A stretch of 64,000 bases of DNA from Octopus sinensis. Lineage: Eukaryota. The number at the start of each line of letters is the position of its first letter. Position 1 is the first letter of the stretch. The stretch spans positions 1 to 64,000 of the forward strand of contig NW_021833243.1 in the NCBI RefSeq assembly GCF_006345805.1. Direction: 5' to 3'. Made by a program: the position numbers and the translations under genes. The notes under the pieces are model-generated. The model was not told the origin of the DNA and did no database searches. It saw only the letters and a program-made list of their open reading frames with translations. Below, one piece after another: positions 21,490 to 33,554 of this stretch.

Positions 21490-24160
21490 CAAGGTTGGTA
21501 ACGCAACAGATGTGTGTGTATGTGTGAGTGTGTGCGTGTGCGTGTGTGTATGTGTGTGTGAGGCGAGATGAAAAAACAAAAAGATATATATGTGTGTGTT
21601 AGTGTGTGCGTCTGTGTGTAGGCGTGTGAGGTAGGGCGAGATAGTGGTCAGCTTAGCAGACAAAGGTCAGTAGTAAGAAAAAGAAGGAAGGAGGAAGGGA
21701 GGGAGGGGAAGGGGTGGGGCGTATGTAGCGTGCCAGCGTTTGTTGAGTAGTAGTGTGTGTGTGTGTCCAGTGTCGTGGTGGTATAAATGGCGAGTAGATT
21801 GAATGTGTGTAAGAGTAATGTATATATTTAAGCAATGTGTGTATATGTGTGCGCGTGTGTGTAACGAAAAAGGGGGGGTTGGTTAAGGAAAAAGGACTCC
21901 AGCTGAGGGGAAGATGGAAGAGTGGTCCCGCGGAGGCGGGCGTGGGAAACCCAACGACACGCGACGGTCCCAGGAACGGGCGGGAGGTCTTGTCGGTTCC
22001 AAGAGCGAGGTGCCTGCGGAGCGTATGCGTACGCGAACCGGCGCGCAAGCGAGTGCGTGCGCGAGCCTGCGAGTATGTGCGTAAGTATGTATGTGTGGTG
22101 GATGTGTGAGTGTGTCTGTGTGTATGTCCGGGTGGCAGTGTGTCCGATGAATGTATGTGAGTATGTGTGTATGTATGTGTGTGCATAGATGTATGTCCGT
22201 GTGTGTGTGTGTGTGTATGTGTGTGAGTGTGTATGTATGTATGTAGTGTGGGTGTGGGGAAGTGTGTGTATGTGCATGTGTGTGCGCGTACATACAGGTG
22301 TGTGAGTGAGTGTGTGGTGTGTATGTATGTGTGAGTGTGTATGTATGTGTGTGTAGGATGCATGTATGTGTATGGGTGTATGTATGTGTGTGTATGTATG
22401 TATGTGTACGTGCGTGTGTGTGTGTGTATGCGCGTAGGTGTGCGGTGTGCATGCGCATGCATGCATGGCGTATGTGTGTGTGTGTGCATGTGTGGGTATA
22501 TATGTATGTGCGTATATGTGTGTGTGGTGCGTACATGTGGTGTGTGTATGCATGTGTGTGTATGTAGGTGTGTGGGCGTGTGTGTATAGGTGTATGTATG
22601 TAAGTATGTATGGGTGTGTCGTGTATGTGTGTGTATGTATGTGTGTGTATGTAGGTGTGTGGGCGTGTGTATATGGGTGTGTGTAGTGTGTGGGCGTGTG
22701 TGTATAGGTGTATGTGTGTATGTCTGGGTGTGTCCGTGCATGTTTGTGTGTGTGTGTGTATGCATGTGTATGTAGGTGTGTGTGTACGTGTGTAATGTAT
22801 GTGTGTATGCGTGCGTGTGTGTATGTAGGTGCGTGTGTATGTGTGTGGGAGTGTAGGTGTGTGTGTGCGTGTGCGTGTGCGTGTTTATCTTGGTGTGTGC
22901 GTATGTGAGTGTGAGTGTATGGGTGTTTGTCATGCATGTGTGTGCGCGTGCAGGTGAGTGTGTGTGTAAGTATGTGTGTGTGTATGTTTGTGTGAGTGTG
23001 TATTTGTGTATGTCTGTGTGTATGTATGTGCGTATAGGAGTATGTGGGTATGTGTGTGTGTATGTATATGGGTGTATGTATGTATGTGTGTGTGTGTGTG
23101 CATGTGTATAAGTATATGTGTGTGTGCGTATGTGTGTATATGTGTATGTGTGTGTGTTTATGTATGTGTGTATGTATGTGTGTAGGCGTGTGTGTGTAGA
23201 TGTATGTATGTGTGTGTGTCCGTGTGTGTTTGTGTGTGTTGTGGTGTAGGTAGATGTGGTGTGGTGTGAGAGTGAGGGTATGGCTGTGTAGGTGTGTGTG
23301 TGTGTGGTGTATGTGTACGTGTGCGTGTGTATGTGTGTGTGTGTATGCGTGTGGTGTGAGTGTATGGGTGTATGTCTGTGTGTGTGTATTCTGAAGTAGG
23401 TATGTATGTGTATGTATGTATGTGTGTGTGTGTGTGCAGGTATGTGTGTGTATGTGTGTGTGTGAGTAGGTGTGCGTGTATGTATGTGGGTAGGGACGCA
23501 TGCGAGTGTGTGTGGGTATGTATGCATACATACGCACGCGCACATCCGAAGCAAGCCCACACACACGAAGCGCGCCCACGCACACAACGCACAAGCAGTA
23601 CAACGCAAGCCAAGGGGCCGACCAAGCCCCCAGCGCGCGCCAAGGCGCGCGAGCGCAAAGGCCCTCGAACGCCCCGCTACGCGGGAACCGAGGATCCATC
23701 AGCCAAAAACGGAAAGCAGAAAAGAGGGGGGGCTGCCTGGATGCGAAAAGGTGTATGTGTGTGTGCATTCAGTGTAAGGGTGTGCATGTGTAGGTATGTA
23801 TGTATGTATGTGCCTACATGTATGTTTGGTGTGTGTGTGAAGTATGTACGTGCGGTGTGTGTGTGTGAGTGTGTGGTATGTATGTGCGTATGTATGTGTG
23901 TGTGTATGTGTGTATGTATGTCTGTGTGTGTGTGTGTGTGTGTAAGTATGTATGTGTGTGCGTATGTATGTATGTGTGTATGTGCATGTTGGTTTGTATG
24001 TTAGTGTGTGTTAGTATGTCTGTAAGTGTGTGTGATTAATGTGTGAATGTATGTACGTAGATGGGTCTACGTATGTGTGTGTGTGAACAGGCGTGTGGGA
24101 GGTAGGTGGGTGGGTGGGGTGTGGGAGGTAGGTGGGTGGGTGTGTGTGAGTGGTGTGTCC
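21490..24160. repeat. ~2.7-kb degenerate (GT)/(GTAT) microsatellite inside the PLE 3' region
   Basis: Direct reading; source of the spurious 650-aa His/Thr ORFs. Confidence 0.93.
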
Positions 24161-24192
24161 ACAAAAAAAAAAAAAAAAAAAAAAAAACGATC

Positions 24193-26507
24193 TCAAGAGG
24201 AGGGGGCTGTGTTAAGTCCGTGTGGGGTGGTAGTTTGTAGGGTGAAGATGTAGCGTTGCTCCAAGTGGAGCCTGGAAAGTGGGCGACCATGGTGGGGGGC
24301 GAGACCAAACACTGAGATGTCATCTAGGGAATGGCCGGCCGAGCGGAAGTGGCGTGCGACGGGAGAAAGAGAGTGTAGGCGAACGTCCCTCAAGTGTTCA
24401 GTGAAACGGTCGGACAACCGGCGTCCCGTCTGTCCTACATACAGCATTCCGCATAGGTTGCATTTAATGCAGTAAATAAGGCCAGACGAGGTGCACGTAA
24501 AAGAGTGCCTAATGCGTACAGTGTGCAGGTTGGAGCCGGTGACAGCGTGGTGTTGGTGATGAAGGGGCAAGTGTTGCAACGGGATCTAGAGCAAGGGAAT
24601 GATCGTGTGGGGCTCTGGGGGAAGGAGAGAGGGTGCTGTGGACCAGGAGGTCACGCAGATTGCGGGCTCGTTTGAAAGAGGACAGGGGTAGGTTAGGGAA
24701 AATGGGGGGGTGGTGGGATCAAGCTGGAGGCGACGGAAGGCACGTAGTATCTTGCGACGAAGGGGGGGTAGGGTAGAGGGGTGGAAAAGGAGGGGGAGGG
24801 GGTGGGGTGGGGGGTGGGCGGGGGGAAGGAGACAGGCGGTAGTGCGGTCGATGCGACGGGCGCGGGTGAGGGCATCAGAGAGGAGTATGGGTGGGTAACC
24901 TCGGAGTCTGAACATGCGGGCCAGGTATTGAGATTGGGTCTCGAAATCCTGGTCGCGGCTGCACAAAACGTCGGAGGCGGAGGAACTGGGAGTAGGGGAT
25001 GGCTCGTTTGGTGTGTGGAGGGGGGGAGGAAGAGAAGTTGAGATAGAGGTGGGAATCCGTAGGTTTAAAAAAGGCGGTGCTGGTGAGAGAGCTGGAGGGG
25101 TGATCGATGCGGAGAGAGATGTCAAGGAAGTTTGACAGAGGTGTGGGAGATGGGGAGGTGAATTGAAGAGAGGGGTGAAAGTTGGAAAGGAAAGAGATGA
25201 ATTGGCAGAGAAGTTCGCGGGAAAGGGAGGTGGCACCTACGCAGTCGTCGATATAGCGACCGTATAGTGTTTCGGGGGTCGGCCCAGAGAACTGGGAGAA
25301 CACTTGGGCCTCAATGTAGCCAAGAAAGAGATTGGCGAAATTGGGGCCCATCCTAGTTCCCATCGCGACCCCGGACACCTGTTGGTACGTTTCCCCGGCG
25401 AACGTGAAGCAATTGAGGGTGAGGACGAGCTCAGCCAACCGAAGAAGGGTGGGGGTGTGGGGGTGGGGGTGGGGTCGGGACGACGGTCGAGGAAGTGTTG
25501 GAGGGCTAGGAGACCGTCATTGTGGGGAATCACTGTGTACAGGGATTTTACATCTAAAGTGAAGAGGGTGAGGTGTGAGGGGCTGGAAGGAAGGAAAAGG
25601 AATTGAAGAGACGGAGGGCGTGGTTGGTGTCGTGTATGTGGGATGGGAGGGCTGCGACTAAGGGGGACATGATGCGGTCGAGGTATAGGGAGATGAGTTC
25701 AGTGGGGCAATTACAGGCAGAGACTATGGGACGGCCAGGATTAGAGGGTTTTATGGATCTTGGGAAGGAAGTAGATGGTGGAGGTGCGGGGTGTGCGGAC
25801 GATTGGGTGGTGTGAGGTGAGAGAGGGGGAGCGGAGGAGGAGATGAGGTCGTGGATGGTGGGGGACACTCGCTGTTGGTAGTAGGAGGAGTGGGTGGGAT
25901 CGGAGGGGGAGGAGGCGATAGAAGAGTGGATTTTGAAGCTGGTTGAGCGCTTCCTCCCTGTGTAGGTCCGCGCGCCACACTACCACTGCCCCGCCTTGTC
26001 CGCCGGTTTGATGACAATGTCATCACGACGGCGGAGGTGGCGAAGGGCAATGGATTCGGCCCGAGTGAGGTTGGCTCGGCGGGGTCTTGGTGCAAAGTTG
26101 AAACGGTGGACCAAAGCGTTGCAGTCATGTACAAACGAATCTAGGCTACTGAAAAGGCTGGGGGCGGCGTCCAGATGGATGGACGACGCCCCAGCTCCAA
26201 AAGGCAATCCTGATTGTTGTGACGCTGCGGGGACGCGTGGTAGTATGCGCGAAGTTGAGGCGGCGCAGGAACAGGTTGACGTCCGCCCGAGTCTCGAACT
26301 CATCACAGTGGCGCGTGAGTGGCGTGAAGCGGAGACCCTTACTGAGGAGGGAACGCTCAGCGGCGGAGAGGGGGAGGTGGGGGGTATAGTGACAACAGCG
26401 CGAGGAAGCGGGGTGGTGGGAGGACTAGGGGCAGGCGGAGGGGGTGCCGGGGTGTGAAGGGGAGGGTAGGGGTTTTGGGAAAGATGGGTTAGGCGTAGGA
26501 AGGTCAC
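24193..26507 (-). pseudogene. PLE RT plus GIY-YIG endonuclease ORF, multiply frameshifted
   Basis: Fragments 25980-26507, 25741-25986, 25554-25868, 25237-25533, 24875-25438, 24586-25236 and 24193-24579 are colinear with a PLE protein. Confidence 0.9.
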
Positions 26508-26747
26508 GATATATATATGTATATATATGTATATATATATATATAGGTATATATAGTATATATATATGTATATATATGTATATATATATGTATATATATG
26601 TATATATATATATGTATATATAATATATATGATATATATATATTATATATGTAATATATATATATATATATATATATTATATAATATATATATATATATA
26701 TATTATAATAATATGACATATATATATAATATACATATATATTTTAG

Positions 26748-27075
26748 CGGAGGGGTCTAGTCGATTAGATCGACCCCAGTACGCAACAGTTACTTAATTT
26801 ATCGACTCCAAAAAGATTAAAGGCAAATGGACCTCGGCGGAATTTGAACGTAGACAAGCGAATTCTACTCTAAGTACGAGGCTTGAAATTTTTGGGGAGG
26901 GTGGGCAGTCGATTTGATCGACCCCAGTACGCAACTGGTACTTAATTTATCGACCCTAAAAAGATGAAAGGCAAAGTCGATCTCGGGGGAATTTGAACTC
27001 AGGACGTGAAGGCAGATGAAATACCGCTAATCATTTTGCCTGGCGTCCTAACACTGCTGCCAGCTCACCGCCTTA
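26748..27075 (-). mobile_element. Meta-like SINE plus a partial second copy
   Basis: tttatcgaccc..gatgaaaggcaaagtcga and head ccagctcaccgcc. Confidence 0.82.
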
Positions 27076-27093
27076 TACATAAATAAATAATAA

Positions 27094-27334
27094 ATGCGCC
27101 CTGTTAAAGCCTAGCCAGGCTCATGGGTCCGGTTTCCTGGTTTCTATGTCGTATGTGTTCCTCAGCTGGACGGGACGCCAGTCCATCGCAGCATTACTCA
27201 TTTTTGCCAGCTGAGTGGACTGGAGCAACGTGAAATGGAGTGTCTTGCTCAAGAACACAACGCGTCGCCAGGAATCGAAACCACAATCTTACGATCATGA
27301 TGCTGACACCCTAACCACTAAGCCTCGCGCCTCC
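27094..27334 (-). mobile_element. tRNA-derived CORE-type SINE
   Basis: Reverse complement of the 8120-8360 family. Confidence 0.88.
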
Positions 27335-27391
27335 ACCTTATACATGCATATATATTATATATTGTAGGACAGCAGCCAAGTGCAGCAGAGA

Positions 27392-27451
<60 letters not shown>

Positions 27452-28016
27452 ATCTATCTATCTATCTATCTGTCTGTCTGTCTGTCTGTATGTATGTATG
27501 TATGTCTGTCTGTCTGCAAAATGCACGAATATATACGTATATACGCATATGCGTATATCTGCATGCAGACACCAAATATTTGTATGCATAAATATGGAAA
27601 GTGTTGTACACCTGCTGCTAGCCTTTACACGAAAACTAAGCAAGTGAACAGTTAGTGTTGTACACAGAAATATAACGCAATCAACTCATCTCAGATGCTG
27701 TTTAGCCCGACGGGGATTTATGCTAAGAGGTGCGAGATTTAACGGGCTTTAAACTTCATCATTCACCTAAAGCAATTTATTATTTTGTGGTGACCAGAAA
27801 TTCACACCTTCGTTGTTTTTCTTGCAGAGAAATAGAAAAACAAACATCTCTTTGGGGAACGGGGGAAATCTTGAATGCTCCATTAGCTTCTACACAAAGA
27901 TAACAACACTGGAATGGCATCAGCTTGAATGAATTCTATATTGCAAAAATATGAGCCCAGACACACGCACATATACAAAGATATATTCGTGTGTGTGTGT
28001 GTGTGTGTGTGTGTAA

Positions 28017-28050
<34 letters not shown>

Positions 28051-28124
28051 GTATATATATATCTATGTATAAATATATATATATATATATATAAGTATTT
28101 AAGTAGACAAATGAATTATCTTAT

Positions 28125-28946
28125 TACGGATAATTCGAAAGATAACCGATACCTGGGTAGCAAACTCACAACAGAAAAAGCACGGTTGAAGTTACGACCA
28201 TAGGGCATAAAATCCGTGCCTTAGTGCGGAAATTTGAAGTTTAATTTAATATATTAAGTATAGGAAAGAATGGAGCTGAACGAAGATTTAACAAAGTTCC
28301 TTTATTTTATTTTCGACATATGTTTCGAAGTCTGCAAAATCCCTAATTCCGAATGAATAAGGAGTCCATTATGCAGCTTTCTCTTCAGGAAAAAACAGGA
28401 ACTTAATTCTCCAACAAAATGCACAACAAGTTTTTCGATGACTGCTCACTAGGAACCCATAGAGATTGGTTCAGATGCCTTCACTGGAAAAAGCATACCT
28501 TTTTCTCATACCAATGAAGTCTAATATAGATAATCCCTGGACTTCCTATTAAATTAATTTGTGATATCTCATCCCTTTAGTTTATAAGACTTTCTCATAA
28601 TTGCTAAGAACTACTACCAATTCCAGCAGTAACCTTCTCTCTTGTCATTATTATTGTGGTTCTTTCTACCCTCTCCCTCAACCAATCTGGCGTCACCCCC
28701 TATAAATAGACACTATTTATCATTATCTCTATGGGTTCCCAGTGAGCAGTCATCGAAAAACTTGTTGTGCATTTTGTTGGAGAATTAAGTTCCTGGTTTT
28801 TCCTGAAGAGAAAGCTGCATAATGGACTCCTTATTCATTCGGAATTAGGGATTTTGCAGACTTCGAAACATATGTCGAAAATAAAATAAAGGAACTTTGT
28901 TAAATCTTCGTTCAGCTCCATTCTTTCCTATACTTAATATATTAAA
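28125..28946. mobile_element. Non-autonomous PLE-type fold-back with an HHR in each arm
   Basis: Arms 28245-28465 and 28725-28946; the left arm extends ~120 bp further and that extension is homologous to 30300-30427. Confidence 0.85.
28797..28881 (+). ncRNA. Type I HHR with long stem II (mirror copy on minus strand at ~28310-28394)
   Basis: ttttc-CTGAAGA-gaaagctgca...tgcagacttc-GAAAC-ATAT-GTC-gaaaa; cleavage after 28876. Confidence 0.85.
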
Positions 28947-28959
28947 CATATATATATAT

Positions 28960-29397
28960 ATATATATGAATAAATAAATGGAGTTTAACGCAGGTGTAAT
29001 CAAATATTTTTACTTTCGACACATGTTTCGAAAATTCCACTGATACTATTCAAAAGAATAAATGGTATAAACAAAGCAATCTTCTCCTCAGGAAAGTGAA
29101 AAAACGAAACTCGTCAATAATATCCCTACTCTTTCTGTTAGCTACTTATGACGTTATATCATATAACGTTTTTTTAAACAATATTAATAGCGTTCTGTCA
29201 ATCGCTATACAAATCCATCATTTTTTGCTAAAATGTCTTATTGACGAGTTTCGTTTTTTTCACTTTCCTGAGGAGAAGATTGCTTTGTTTATACCATTTA
29301 TTCTTTTGAATAGTATCAGTGGAATTGTCGAAACATGTGTCGAAAGTAAAAATATTTGATTACACCTGCGTTAAACTCCATTTATTTATTCATATAT
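28960..29397. mobile_element. Second PLE-type fold-back with HHRs
   Basis: Arms ~28960-29120 and 29238-29397. Confidence 0.83.
29262..29347 (+). ncRNA. Type I HHR (mirror copy on minus strand at 29012-29097)
   Basis: actttc-CTGAGGA-g...c-GAAAC-ATGT-GTC-gaaagt; cleavage after 29341; stem II is weak. Confidence 0.75.
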
Positions 29398-29589
29398 TAT
29401 TCAAAATATTCAACGTAAACACGAAGTTTCTACCTTTATAAACAAGGAGTTACAACACCTTTACTTGTGAGATTTTTGCTGCCCTGGTAACTATTTTTTT
29501 TTTTTTCCGTGTTAATTGTTAACAAGGTAAAAATGTATTCATCTATTTATAAATATATATATATATATATATGTAAATATATTCCGCAC

Positions 29590-30148
29590 GTGGTGAACTT
29601 TGTACTCTTTCACCACAACTCTGTCTCACACTTTCTTCTGTTGTACCTGTATTCCAAAGGGCTAGCCTTGTCACACTCTGTGTCACACTGAATCTCCCCG
29701 AGAACTACGTTACGGGTACGCGTGTCTGTGGAGTGCTCAACCACTTGCGCGTTAATTCCACGAGTAGGCTGTTTCGTTGATCGGATCAACTGGAACCCTC
29801 GTCGTCGTAACCGACGGAGTGCCATGAATATATTTTATTTATCTATTTATGCGCCCTTTTCAAGCCTAGCCGGGCTCATGGGCTCGGTTTTCCGGTTTCT
29901 GTGGCGTATGTGTTCCCACCAGCTGGACGGCACGCCAGTCCATCGCATCATTACTCAAGAAACAGGAAGAAAGAGTGAGAGAAAATTGGGGCCAAAGAGT
30001 ACAACAGAGGTCGTCACCACCCCCAGCTGGAGCGACGTGGAGCTTAAGGTGTTTTCACTCAATAAACACTCACAACGTCCTCTCTGGGAATTGAAACCGC
30101 GATCCTCCGACCGCAAGTCCGCTGCTCTAACCATTGCGCCTCCTCCAT
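29590..30148. mobile_element. SINE tail module (+, 29590-29825) and a mosaic tRNA-CORE SINE (-, 29850-30148)
   Basis: Modules are shared with 8120, 41690, 47375 and 55880. Confidence 0.75.
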
Positions 30149-30205
30149 GTATATATATTATATATAGATATATAATATATATATATTATATATATATAAT
30201 ATATA

Positions 30206-30280
<75 letters not shown>

Positions 30281-31149
30281 ATGTGAAATAGAAAGATGAA
30301 TAATCTTGTTGTAGATTAATCAAAAGTTAACCGATACCTTAGTAGCAAAAATCACAGCAGTAAACAGCACGGTTGGAGGTACAACCATCTGGCGTTGCAA
30401 CCGTGCGTTGGTGCGGATAATTGAAATTAAAACATTATTGGTGAATTGAGGAAATGGAGCTGAACGCAGATTGAACAGAAATCGTTTTATTTCATTCTAC
30501 ACGTGTTCGAAAGGCACAAATTACCAAAATCCGATTGAATAATGGGACCAATTGTGTCTTTCTCTTCAGGAAGAAAAAAGGAAATCCGGAGAAACAAAAA
30601 CAGAACAGAGGCGGAGCAAAAACCAAATCGAACTATGCTCCTAAGAGCCCATGGCGAAACTGTTTATCAGTGTATGCTGAGAACCGGTGGCTGAAGAATT
30701 CTACAGGTCAGGCATCGGTCAATCATGTGGTGAGGGTGTATAGATGTTCTTAGTGACGAGAATAAAGTTCTGACTATTTAAGGAATATTGGATGTTTTAT
30801 AAGGGGCGAGAAAAAATCTACTTAGAGACGTGGTGTGTGTATACTGTTCTATATATGTGTGTGTTGGCGTAGGGGTAGAAAACACTTTTTGTGTACGTGT
30901 GTGCGTTTGATCGTTCGGCTGTCAGTGGCTACTGCCGTGATAACCGTTGGGTGGCAGAAAGAAAAAAATATATATATATTATGTTTTATGTGTGTGTGTG
31001 TTCATCTGAGCCTGCCTTGTCAAGGAAACCCCCCGCTGTGAAAAAACCAAGCCCCGTTTGTCTTACAGGAGTAATTCCCCTTGCAGTGGATAATCGTAGA
31101 TATCTAAAGGCTATTTCAGAATTTGTTACAAGGGCTATGGGTGCCGGTA

Positions 31150-31826
31150 TTATTTATAAACGCTATTTAAAAGCCAGATAAGTGTAACGCCGCCAATGGG
31201 GGCATCGAAAAGCCGACTGTAAGAGCCGTTTACCATCCGGCCTCTGGCAAACAAAATATGGAAGAGTTCGGAGACACAAAGGTTACACTGTCTTCTGCCC
31301 CTATCAAATGGGAGGGCCACCGACAAAATTGACCATTCCAGCCTGTAGCTAAGTTCGTATCCTTCAGTCGCCATATTAGCTTACTGAGTCCCGTGGTTTG
31401 GCGCTTGTTCACGTCCCGAAAAGTTGCGTAATGATTGGAGACACGCAAAGACAATCTTGAGGATGATGCCCCTACATAAGTGAAGACATCTGAGTCCGTG
31501 TAAACCTTGCATTGGTAGACGGCGTTTTTGATCTTGGAGTTCGCCGACGTAAATCTTAATCTGCTAGGATTAGTTTCTGAAATTAGAACTGCGTTCCTGT
31601 CACTATATTAGTTCCGAGACCTGCAGCCGCTTACTACTCTATTTTCCACTACGTCACTATTAACTATAGGAATAACCCCTGATTCTCCACTATCTATCAG
31701 AGTACTGTCATTGCTAGTGCCCGTGGTGCTGCTATTGCGGGAAATGATGCTGGGGTTGCTATTGGGGCTCTCTACCCTACTCCCATTGTTACCGTCAACC
31801 ACAACACCCCTATTTATAACTATACC
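31150..31826 (-). pseudogene. PLE GIY-YIG endonuclease C-terminal region (frameshifted)
   Basis: AVYQCKV...TYVGASS..R..NH..TF...LSKLIWRLKD, then YRLEWSIL..A.PF...RQCNLCVSELFHIL. Confidence 0.85.
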
Positions 31827-32580
31827 CCGGTGGCCCTCCCATTTGATAGGGGCAGAAGACAGTGTAACCTTTGTGTCTCCGAACTCTTCCATATTTTGTT
31901 TGCCAGAGGCCGGATGGTAAACGGGCTCTTACAGTCGGCTTTTCGATGCCCCCATTGGCGGCGTTACACTTATCTGGCTTTTAAATAGCGTTTATAAATA
32001 ATACCGGCACCCATAGCCCTTGGTAACAAATTCTGAAATAGCCTTTAGATATCTACGATTATCCACTGCAAGGGGAATTACTCCGTAAGACAAACGGGGC
32101 TTGGTTTTTCACAGCGGGGGGTTTCCTTGACAAGGCAGGCTCAGATGAACACACACACACATAAAACATAATATATATATATATTTTTTTCTTTCTGCCA
32201 CCCAACGGTTATCACGGCAGTAGCCACTGACAGCCGAACGATCAAACGCACACACGTACACAAAAAGTGTTTTCTACCCCTACGCCAACACACACATATA
32301 TAACAGTATACACACACACACGTCTCTAAGTAGATTTTTTCTCGCCCCTTATAAAACATCCAATATTCCTTAAATAGTCAGAACTTTATTCTCGGTCACT
32401 AAGAACATCTATACACCCTCACCCACATGATTGACCGATGCCTGATCTGTAGAATTCTTCAGCCACCGGTTCTCAGCATACACTGATAAACAGTTTCGCG
32501 CATGGGCTCTTAGGAGCATAGTTCGATTTGGTTTTTGCTCCGCCTCTGTTCTGTTTTTGTTTCTCTAACGGATTTCCTTT

Positions 32581-32669
32581 TTTCTTCCTGAAGAGAAAGA
32601 CACAATATGGTCCCATTATTCAATCGGATTTTGGTAATTTGTGCCTTTCGAAACACGTGTAGAATGAAA
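32581..32669 (+). ncRNA. Type I HHR in the pLTR (mirror at ~30490-30577 lacks one A of GAAAC)
   Basis: ttc-CTGAAGA-gaaagacacaa...ttgtgcctttc-GAAAC-ACGT-GTA-gaa; cleavage after 32661. Confidence 0.82.
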
Positions 32670-32843
32670 TAAAACGATTTCTGTTCAATCTGCGTTCAGC
32701 TCCATTTCCTCAATTCACCAATAATGTTTTATATATATATATAATATATTATATATATACATATTATATATATATACATATATATATTATATAATATATA
32801 TACATAAATATATAATAATATATATATATATATATAATATACA

Positions 32844-32877
<34 letters not shown>

Positions 32878-32883
32878 CATATA

Positions 32884-32914
<31 letters not shown>

Positions 32915-32950
32915 ATATATATACATATATAATATATATATATATAATTA

Positions 32951-32996
<46 letters not shown>

Positions 32997-33019
32997 TATA
33001 TATTATATATATATATATA

Positions 33020-33547
33020 TGAGTACAGGACACCACAAATAAACGTAGAACACAACGAGAAACGAAAACATAAAAACAAACAAGAAAACGGACTTTTTTT
33101 AACAACGAAAAAACAGAGTACAAGACAAACAACACAAGGAATATTACCCTTCATCAGCTGCCCCTGGTTCGACTCAATGCGTGTTTCGAAGGTAAAGGCA
33201 GAACACGATCCGACCGAAGCGTTCCTTCCTGGAAAATGAATTAAATAAAATTATTTTGCAGAGGGGTAAAAAAAGGAAAGAAAAAAAGTGACAAGAACAG
33301 GACGTAAAAGCAATACAAATTAAAATACAGTACACATAAAGAATAAAAACAGGACAAGGAAACCAACATTGAGGGCTTTTTTTAAGCCTAGACGGTGGAA
33401 CTGCTCGCTGCTTTCAACAAGTCAACATCGACTTTCTTCTTGTCTCTAGCAAGTCGATCTTCTGAATTGCGTTCCAACGAATTTTTCCACCGTCTAGGCT
33501 TAAAAAAGTCCTTATTGTTGGTTTCCTTGTCCTGTTTTTATTCTTTA
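33020..33547 (-). mobile_element. pLTR-like repeat with a short inverted arm; same family as 54870-55055
   Basis: 33337-33400 is the reverse complement of 33485-33547; ends tggtgtcctgtactc-(AT)n like the 54.9-kb copy. Confidence 0.7.
33144..33207 (-). ncRNA. Candidate permuted (pseudoknotted) hammerhead ribozyme, copy B
   Basis: CGUGU-U/CUGCC...GAA-ACACG...GGCAG-CUGAUGA-AGGGUAA; see findings. Confidence 0.55.
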
Positions 33548-33554
33548 CGTGAGA

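Larger units (their letters stand above)
21212..26508 (-). mobile_element. Penelope-like element (Neptune-type), near complete, flanked by (TA)n
   Basis: RT (IKPADK, YFLPKIHK, GRPIVS, DVKSLYT, GVAMG, RYIDD, FLD); GIY-YIG (IYCIKC..YVGQT..RF.EH..VARHF); 3' region with a 2.7-kb microsatellite and an HHR. Confidence 0.9.
30292..32731. mobile_element. Penelope-like element, 5'-truncated, with ~900-bp inverted pLTR duplication
   Basis: 30428-31322 is the reverse complement of 31828-32731; GIY-YIG coding remnant; HHR in each arm; (TA)n flanks. Confidence 0.9.

Noticed and set aside
21860-22080. GC-rich islands in the microsatellite (also 23520-23750) as captured genes or rRNA
   Set aside because: No recognisable homology or ORF; they resemble low-quality long-read sequence and need read-level checking.
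21653-23768. 651-aa and 646-aa His/Thr-rich ORFs
   Set aside because: They are translations of a (CA)/(CATA) microsatellite inside a PLE 3' region; the same applies to all YI/CV/LS/II-rich ORFs in the track.
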